The notes below the pieces were generated by a model, which was not told the DNA's origin, did not search any database, and saw only the letters and a program-made list of their open reading frames with translations. From the NCBI GenBank assembly GCA_946965045.2, contig OX337232.1:1240001-1304000 (forward strand): a stretch of 64,000 bases of DNA. The letters are read 5' to 3'. Positions within the stretch are counted from its first letter, which is position 1; the number at the start of each line of letters is the position of its first letter. Source of the stretch: Epithemia pelagica. Lineage: Eukaryota; Protista; Bacillariophyta. Positions 33,299-41,574 of the stretch are shown here, piece by piece. Both the position numbers and the translations under genes were made by a program.

Positions 33299-35778
33299 TC
33301 ATTCGTCCATCAATTGTAAAATGGAATCCGTTGTGGTCCCTAGCGTGTTGTGGACTCTCTTGTCATGTCTCGTAAAGAGGCTGACACGAGACCATTTCTT
33401 CCCGACCATTCGACGAAATGTTTTGACAATATTGTCCTCAGGACGCAACTCTTCTCCCTCCTCGTCCATAAACCAGCTACCACGTTCCAGTGCCTCCGGA
33501 TTCCAAAACTGATTGACGAATTGCAGGGATGCGTCCACATCCTTCGACATCCGAGTCCATTCTGAATCCGTCGGGAGATTCAGGGTCGGTCTTATCGAGC
33601 GTGAAATTTCACTCATTTCACACAAATCCAGCTTCCAAATGTCGCAGTTTTTAGGGTGTGAAAAACAAGGGTCCGATCGATGGCAATAGGTGTGAAATTG
33701 ATTTCACACAAAACCTCAGTCTTTCGCAGTCGTAACTCGTACCTCGTACCGATGAACCTTTTCACCATGACGAGGCGCTTACCCTTCCTGTGCGAGTAAT
33801 AAACAACAATCATACAAGTGCAAAACATACAACCGACTTACTCCTACTAATTATAAGCCTATATTATGTAGTCACCACCACTGCTGCTTGTTGTCATTGG
33901 TATAAGTGATGGTTTCACTTATAGTTGGTTGTTGCGTTTGTTGTCGTTGTCGCGGCACAGGATTGTCTCGTTCGGCCGAAACAAGGCGTTGATCGTTGTG
34001 TTTGTTGTAGAACTGTAGAACTGAAAGAACCAGAGATGGGGAGTAGTTGATTGTTGCTTTTTGTGCCATTGTCATGTCGTGGCCCCGGATTGTTTTGTTC
34101 GGCCGAAACGATGAGTTGATTGTTGCGATGGCCCTCTTCTGGAGGTGCACTGGACGACGACTCCATGGTGGCAATAGCTGTGTGATTGCTGTGGAGGGTG
34201 GAGGGGCTAAGAACGTCCTAATGTACTGTGGGGAAAATTACACCTAGTCAACGTAGATGAATTGTGAAATTTTGGTGAAACTGCAATGGGGGGCCTCAAA
34301 TTGCCTCGTGTGAAATTCACAAAAATTTCACAACCCACCTTGGCAACGTCGGCCAGAAGTGTGAAATGTGTGAAATTTCACGCCGATAAGACCGACCCTC
34401 ACAGGTTTCTCTTGCTCTCGAATGTTTACCATCCTTGTACAGGAGGTGACTGGTCGAACTCCAAACGAGCGTCCATACGTACCTCCCATTCGATCGCCAT
34501 GGCCACACTGCCCCAACCATTCATCCGCCAATAAAAAGGCACGAGACTCTCTCCGTGGTCTCATGGATAAGGTCACAAACGCAAGTCGAGTCGCAAGACC
34601 GATGGAACTGTTTGCAATAATGTTTCGGCTGGAAGACAAAAAGAGACTGGAACAAGAATTCGAGTCCGGTTCTGTACCATCCAACTCATCAGGCACAGGA
34701 TAGTTCCCACGGTCTACGAAAGCGGACTTGACGTTTTGTCTTGGAGTACTTTTGTTTTGTGCGATGCTGTTGTCCCAGTATTGATGAGTTCTTGCGGGTG
34801 TCCTCAACCGCTGCAACAGTGGTGATGAGCTGTTCCATGACGTTGAGGTATCCTGAGATTTTCCCTTGTAAGCTGCAATCTGGGTCTTCTTGATTCAGAA
34901 TGGAATATGTCAGGGAGAACGCTGGTGAACACATGGGGTTGAGAGGATTCTGTGTTGCTCCCCTCATTCATCATTGTTGGCAAAGCCGAGGTCAATTCTG
35001 TATCTGATGATTCTGTAGTGTTATTGAAGGGTTTGGGTTGGTTCATAGCCAAGGAATCTGGACGAGATGCTGTTGAATCATCCGTGAGCGAAGAGGAGGG
35101 TGAATAGACCATGCACAACGTTTGCCATGTCAACGAAAGTGCAATCAACAACAAAACACTCAAGGAAAATGCTATCCAGTCATGTTTCCCATGCCTTGAC
35201 TCCGGATTTTTCAATGTCTTGTCTTTGGTAGACATGAAGGGGGAAGAGGGAGCTTTCTCGATAATGTGATGGAGGGTGAAATTAGATGCTTCACGACTTT
35301 GACATGGACTATTTTCGTCCAACGGCATCTCGTCATTGGAGGATCAGGTCTCGTTGGTGTATGAGTTGCTGCTAGCAATCTCAATCTGTTTCCTGGCTAT
35401 GCAAAGTTCGTCGGGATGTCTCGCTTGCGGAGACCAATCCATACCAAAACTCGCTTCATCCTCCTCTTTGGCTTCTTCTTCTTCGTCTTGGTACTCCTCT
35501 GGTTGAGATTTCTCGTCATTGTCCTCCTCCAAGTCGGACCATTGATCATTGTCTTGCCAAAAGTTGATTTCGTCCAGAATGGCAAAATTGGCAGTTTTAA
35601 AAAGCACCGACGAACCACCGTGGCCTTGTGTTCTTTCCAGTTTTCCGCCATTGAGGTGCAAGGATGGAAATGGGTCCGAGTGAGCCCGATGCATCACCTG
35701 CAATCTGCCTCCATGCTGTCCTCCATCTGTATCCTCTCTGTCATGGTCTGAGTTTCCGTTATCGTCGTTGCCTAGCAA
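33299..35778 (-). pseudogene. Degraded single-TM protein gene (cargo), broken by stops, frameshifts and a MITE
   Basis: Chain of minus-strand ORF pieces: 35344-35778, 34804-35328 (TM WIAFSLSVLLLIALSLTW), 34328-34816 and 33299-33625. The last two are cut at the MITE ends. Confidence 0.5.
33582..34399. mobile_element. MITE-like element (~820 bp) with ~42-bp imperfect TIRs
   Basis: AGGGTCGGTCTTATCG(A)GCGTGAAATTTCAC(T/A)CATTTCACAC at 33582 and its reverse complement ending at 34399. No TSD recognised. Confidence 0.8.
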
Positions 35779-35957
35779 CGAAAGGGACTCCCATGATCAT
35801 CCTTCTTCTGACATCTTCTGCTGCTCTTGGTTCTTTCTCGAGATACCTTTTGTCCTTGTTGCTTTTGTTGCATGGGTGTCTGTTGGGCAGTTGCGCCTAA
35901 ACGAAGTAACATCAATTGATTATGCTTCTTGTTTCACAAGAAGAGGTCATTCGAACA

Positions 35958-36137
35958 TGATGTGAAGAAGATGTGAAGAAGATGTGAAGACGATGTGAAG
36001 ACGATGTGAAGAAATTTTTTCTTCACATGAGATGTGAATTTTCACGTGGAGGTGCAATTCTTCACGTGAAAAATTGCACCTCTCATGTGAAAATTCACAT
36101 CTCATGTGAAAATTCGCATCTGATGTGAATTTTCATA
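35958..36137. repeat. ATGTGAA / TTCACAT motif array (right subterminal)
   Basis: gatgtgaagaagatgtgaagaagatgtgaagacgatgtgaa..catgtgaaaattcacatctcatgtgaaaattcgcatc. Confidence 0.85.
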
Positions 36138-36289
36138 GTGCTGTGCGTGCGTGCAAAATCCTTAAGTAGATTACTTCCCATCCATGCATGCGCGTCCGTT
36201 AGATTTTCTCAAGATTACTTAAGATCATTGTACTGTAATATGAAATTTCTACAATTCTGTTTGATTGGTCGCGTGTGAAGATTTTCCGG

Positions 36290-37592
36290 GGACACAGCGC
36301 ACGATCAGGTATGTGTCAGTTGTCCAGAAAGCGGGCTGGCGCGCGCCCGCGCGCAAGAAGAAAATTCGTCGGATGCAACACGGGGTATCGTGGAAAACCA
36401 TGGCGCTTCAGAGGTCGGTCCGAAACCCTAAACATGTACCTTTTTCCATTCGAAACCTTACAATCGTCCCTATGACCATGGTTTGACTGGTTGTTACCTT
36501 TCGAATGGAAAAAGGTACATGTTCCGATCTTCATTTTCTACTTGACATTGTGTACAAGGTGTGTTGCGTGGGATGGTTGGGTGGAGTGTCGCGTCCCGTC
36601 CCATCCCATCGTATCGATCGAAACACAGAAGTAATAAAATTATGCATACGCTATAGTGTTGTATTTCTAGCCATTAGACCAGTCGTCGTGATTGTTCAGC
36701 TCCTGCTGCTGCGTTTCCGCAGAGTCGGCTGGGACGACTCCAACAGGGCAAGCCAGTCTCTTCGTCGTTGTCGTCGGGCACAAAGTCACGGGCCTGGTAG
36801 ACAAAGGGCGACGAGGTCGATTCAAAGACACGGATATCGAAGCTGACACATTGCTGACACGCCGGTCACTGGTGAGGTACCTTCCAAAGACTGACGCATT
36901 GATGGGCAATTTGTGATCCGCGTTGTGGCTCTCGTTCGTCTCCTTGGTCTTGTTACTCTCGTTGCCCTTGTTTGTCGTGTCGCTCTCGTTGCCCTTGTTG
37001 CTCTCATTGGTCGTGTTACCTCTCGTTGGTCGTGTTGCCCTTGTTGCTCTCGTTGGTAGTGTTGCTCTCGTTGGTCTCGTTGCTCTTGCTCGTATTGGTG
37101 ATTGCTGGAAGATTGAGAGGTTGTTTGGTTGCCTTGCTTTTCACCTCAGCCAGCCCTTCCCCAGCATGCAACTTGTTGCCTCGGATGCAAGTACTGCGAC
37201 GGCAATTGTTGATGTACGTCGACATGTTTGGTTATTGGTTTTGTGTTTGCACTTAGCACATCGGTGCTTTGTCATCACTGGAGAGAGAGAGCGGGTGCTG
37301 CGAGTCCTTCCAACAAGCGGGGTCGACGATCGTGTACCACATCTTGTTGGTCCATGGCAAGCAAGGTAGGATCATTGGGTCGTCGAGTATCCAGAAGAGG
37401 AAAGGGGCACGGAGGTACGGCATTGATTGTGATGGAGTGTCCCCTCCCGGTCACGTGGGTTGTTGTTACGAGTACTCTCGTAGTTGTTACGCTGTGAATT
37501 TCTCTCTTTACTGACTAATTGTCAGTAAACTGAGAATGTAAGCGTAACACTCTAATTAAGCCCCACCACATACCTGATCGTGCGCTGTGTCC
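36290..37592. mobile_element. Non-autonomous TIR element (~1.3 kb) inserted in the right TIR of the 32123-37600 element
   Basis: Perfect 26-bp TIRs GGACACAGCGCACGATCAGGTATGTG (36290-36315) / 37567-37592. Short G/C duplication (GG, or CGGG if the ends are 36291/37591). Internal low-complexity repeats at about 36930-37090. Confidence 0.85.
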
Positions 37593-39548
37593 GGGTGTCC
37601 CCGTGCTTCAAAGTCCAGCTCGGTCGCTGGAATAGGATGTAAGTAGGAAATTCACGTCACGGACCCCAGTCTTACTTGACGTGACCAGATTATGGCCAAA
37701 TGGTGACTTCTTTTAATGTAGGAGTAATTAGTCAAACTGGTGACGCATCGCAATAGAACCCATGCATTTACAAGTTACGGATGCTTGTATCTAATCAAGA
37801 ATGGTCTCTGGATCTGGTGTTGACTCTCCTGAATCCTAATGGTACTTGAACTCTCCCATCATTGTCGGGAGACTCGGTGGGTCGAAGTCTGCCCCTTCCT
37901 CTTGTGCTACGTCTTCGTTGTGCGCGAAAACAAAGCTAGACAGAAGGTACTCGTCATTGCAAATATAGTCCTTGCGGCCAAAGTACCACCTGCCCTCCTG
38001 AGAATAACTCTTTTCATTTACAGTCGGCAAGGGCTCTAGATTTTCCTTCCACTTTTCCGGAAGATCTTCATTGCCGTTGTCCTTACCCCGTTGCGTTGAT
38101 GCCTAACCCTAACCCCAACCCTTCATCCGATGGCATCATGTCGGATTAAGGAGGTGGTTTGTTGTCTACCTCCGTGTTTCATGTTTTGTTTTGTTGCATT
38201 TTTGTGCGTTTCTCTTCGTATGGAATCGCAAAGATGAAGCTTGAGGAAGAAAAACAATTCTCTAAATTGGTCAGCGATTAGTCACGGCCCGAGAGGCTGA
38301 CGTGACTTGTGACGTTTTCGGTCAATTCGTCTAACGCCATAAAAATTGACTTCGCTTCCCACTTACCACTTACAGAATGTCTCGTTGATCGTGCCGTCGT
38401 TGGTCGTCATGTTACTTCATTCGCCATTATTTCCCCTCCATATTGGTGAGGCGGTCAGACATATCCCCAACCCTATCTTTTTTGAATATCGCCCGCCTCT
38501 GCTCCAGGTAGCTCTAAGTATCTCTAATTGCCAACACCGCTACATCAAGGTCGGCTTGCGTCCAGTGGTTTCTGAATGCTCATAAATTTGGGCAACCCTT
38601 TTGTTCTCGTCTGTCACAAAACCCAAAACCGAGGCAAAAATGCTTGACCATGACGTGAGGTAAGAACCATGGACGGATCATGCTGGGCTGAATCGCATTT
38701 AACTTCTCACTACTGCTGCTTATTTCTAATCTTGTTGTCTCCTTTTCTTTCTTCTTACTCTTCACTGCTGCAATCTTTCCTTTTGTTCTTGCATGATCCT
38801 TTGGATTTGTCTCATGTTGTACGAGTAGACTGGGTATAAGCTGCTTGTGGTCAAGTGGAATATCCTTCCCTTTCCCCTTCTTGTAATTCTTTTGTCGTTT
38901 GATTGTTGGCTGGTTGGTTACTTTCATGTTTTCTGTAGGATAGATGATTCACTATTCATAGTATCATTGTCAATCATTTCTCAACGACCGAACATTTTGT
39001 TGTTTTTGCTTCAAGTAGATGGCTCCATCTTGCTCTTGCCACTTGCCACACCCTACTTTCCAACTATCAGCTCCTAGAGCTAGAGTCAAACAGCGAATGA
39101 TTCAATTTGTAGCTGTACAAGCGTGTAAGAGCTGCTCTGTCGTGTGTTCATGGTGAAACTGAGGGTCATTGACGTGCTCAAAACAGAAAACTGATGTACT
39201 ACACGAATACAGAAGGCACTAAACTCGGCTGGCACTTGAGTTCTATTTCTAGTTAATAAAGAAAAGGAGGTCTATAGTCTGTGGATAAATGCAATGGAAG
39301 TTATGGGTATCATTTCGACAGAAATGAACAATGGCAAGTAATGAGCTGCTGAGCCAGAGACAGCAGATGAGCAGACTCTCGTCCCATGAGCAGAGCAAGC
39401 AAAAGTGACAAGTGTGAGTGAGCATGAGCAATGTAATTGTCATGGCAATCCTCAATGGATCAAGCTCACCTGGAATGTCATTGATACGATGTGCTTTGGC
39501 AAGAGAAAAGGATTGTGTGCTTGTCCGGCATTATTAATTATGAAACAA

Positions 39549-39722
39549 CGAAGAGACACTACGACAAACATCCTTGGCACGTGCCGTTTCGGTCTGTCCG
39601 AGAGATCGCAGTCGGTTCTGTCACCGAAAACTTGGTCCGTTGAGATTTGTAAACAAGATTCTAAATCTAAACGATAGACACATAGTTTTGCCGAAGGCCT
39701 CTGAAACCAAAAAATGGCTCCA
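39549..39722 (-). repeat. B2 repeat (174 bp)
   Basis: Matches 39992-40165 with 2 substitutions. Confidence 0.95.
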
Positions 39723-39743
39723 GGGCGGGGAAGGGCAAATTTT

Positions 39744-39992
39744 AAGATTAGCTAACTAGAATCGTTGCGATCTCGAACTCGTCTCGTAGTCGTTGCAAAG
39801 ATGCTGAACCCAAGAAGAGTGAGCTCTTCTCACGCTCCAACGACTCTGCATCAGGGTCATCCTAAAACTTCCGATTGTGGGAATCAAATCGGATGCTCGC
39901 CTCGCGTCGAGGAGGCGGAGCAGTCGCACCTCTGTTGTCGGTCGCAGAGTCTGGCCAGCATCGGCCACGTCACTCCACCCAGTACAGACACC
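39744..39992 (-). repeat. A2 repeat (249 bp)
   Basis: Matches 47411-47659 with 3 substitutions. Confidence 0.95.
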
Positions 39993-40165
39993 GAAGAGAC
40001 ACTACGACAAACATCCTTGGCACGTGCCGTTTCGGTCTGTCCGAGAGATCGCAGTCGGTTCTGTCACCAAAAACTTGGTCCGTTGAGATTTGTAAACAAG
40101 ATTCTAAATCTAAACGATAGACACATAGTTTTGCCGAAGGCCTTTGAAACCAAAAAATGGCTCCA
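39992..40165 (-). repeat. B1 repeat (174 bp)
   Basis: Matches 39549-39722 and shares base 39992 with A2. Confidence 0.95.
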
Positions 40166-40209
40166 CTACCATCAAACCCGATATTACAATCCAACGATGT
40201 CCAGCTGGG

Positions 40210-41574
40210 CTAGAAGTCGAGATGGAGAGTGGTGGGGAAGTGATGTTGGGGATCTTGGCCATTGAAGGTGTTAAAGAGGTTTTCATCCGGTGATTCGAGA
40301 GCAGTCTCGCTGTTCGTTTGAAGGGCCGGATCAACGAGGTTGTCGAGTCGGTTCCGCAGTTGTTCCAAGGAGGCGATGCGGGAAGCTGTTGTTGAGTTGT
40401 CAACATGCCGAAAGTCGGTGGTGTTGAGCATTAATTGGGCCATGCCCGTGGTCCATTCAAGAACCTGTGGTCGGATATATTTCATGAAGGCGGTCGAACT
40501 CCATCTTCCAAGAATCATTATCTTTACGACGGAACAATCAGCCAGGAACAGGGCCATGGCGGCTCCTGATCGGAGAGAGTGCGTGCCGATATCCATTGGG
40601 TGGTAGCCAAAGGCGTTGAATCCGCCGCCCAATACACAGGTTTCTCGTAGCAGGTTGCGAGTGTCTTCTTGTCGGACAAAGCGTGGGGGAAGGGATGGGT
40701 TGGATGGGTCAAACCAACAATTTACTGTCGTGGATGGGGCAGCTTTCGGACGGTAGTGGAGGATCCGGCGAATGACGCGGCCCCAGAGGAGGACAGGGTC
40801 GAGGATTGGGTCATTCGTTCTGCTCTGGGTACGAGTTTCAGCTTTGTGGTTGTTCTTTTGGTCGCGGAACGTTATTGATACGTATTTCGCGAGGTGGTAG
40901 AAGTCTGGATGATTTGCAGCGATTGTTTCGTGTTTCTTTGCTGTGTAAAAGACGACGTCGCCGATGGTTAGGAGCTTGGTCTTGCCTCGGTGGGGTACGG
41001 TCGTGAGTTCACAGCTTCGGCATCCAAAGAAGAACCCACAGCCGGCAAGGTCGGCAACGACGGCCTTGAATGTGGAGAAGTCGTAGACTCGTGGTGGGTT
41101 GGTGAGTCGGGTGTTTCGACAACTGTGGAGCCAGAGAAAGCGGAGATGTTTGGCAGTAACAGCTTTTTCTCGTTTCTCGGGGGGATCCAGATTTGACCAC
41201 GCGCGTTTGAGGGAAGCGACGAGGGGGTGGACGTGATGGCTGTCTTGACAGTGGCAGGGGCTTGGCCGGTCATGATGCCGGAAGCACGATGCCAAGTCTC
41301 CAATGGCTTGGCTAAGAGTGCTTGCTCGAAGAGGTTGCGAGCAGTCGCGATTCTTGGTGTATTCGGCATCGCGGAGGGCTTGTAAGAAGGAACATGCGAT
41401 GCTGGCTCTGTGGTTGGTTGCTCTGACGGACTCGAGGAGTGGGTCGTGACCGAATCCAATCCTGTCGAGATGTTCTGTCCATCGTTGCCAACATTGGTCG
41501 CGCTTTTGGTGTGCTCCTTCGGTCTTGCCGAAGAAGATTCGGGACACGCTGGCACGATCGAGGAGATCCAACAT
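40210..41574 (-). CDS. Tyrosine recombinase (ORF3)
   Basis: FFFGCRSCE (Arg), GTHSLRSGAA (HxxR), GRWSSTAFMKYIR (Trp, Tyr). Overlaps the end of ORF2 by about 600 nt. Confidence 0.93.
   Translation of the reverse strand: MLDLLDRASVSRIFFGKTEGAHQKRDQCWQRWTEHLDRIGFGHDPLLESVRATNHRASIACSFLQALRDAEYTKNRDCSQPLRASTLSQAIGDLASCFRHHDRPSPCHCQDSHHVHPLVASLKRAWSNLDPPEKREKAVTAKHLRFLWLHSCRNTRLTNPPRVYDFSTFKAVVADLAGCGFFFGCRSCELTTVPHRGKTKLLTIGDVVFYTAKKHETIAANHPDFYHLAKYVSITFRDQKNNHKAETRTQSRTNDPILDPVLLWGRVIRRILHYRPKAAPSTTVNCWFDPSNPSLPPRFVRQEDTRNLLRETCVLGGGFNAFGYHPMDIGTHSLRSGAAMALFLADCSVVKIMILGRWSSTAFMKYIRPQVLEWTTGMAQLMLNTTDFRHVDNSTTASRIASLEQLRNRLDNLVDPALQTNSETALESPDENLFNTFNGQDPQHHFPTTLHLDF

Larger units (their letters stand above)
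32123..37600. mobile_element. Non-autonomous TIR element carrying host gene fragments; right TIR split by a nested element
   Basis: Left end GGACACCCGGAAAATCTTC (32123). The right end GAAGATTTTCCGGGTGTCC is reconstructed after removing the insert at 36290-37592. 3-bp CCG on both flanks (32120-32122, 37601-37603). Confidence 0.75.

Noticed and set aside
36822-37090. RATRATR / NESNKGN repeat ORFs as real genes
   Set aside because: Short translations of low-complexity tandem repeats inside a non-autonomous element.
38102-38122. CCTAACCCTAACCCCAACCCT telomere-like repeat
   Set aside because: Only about 3 imperfect units; too short to call an interstitial telomere.
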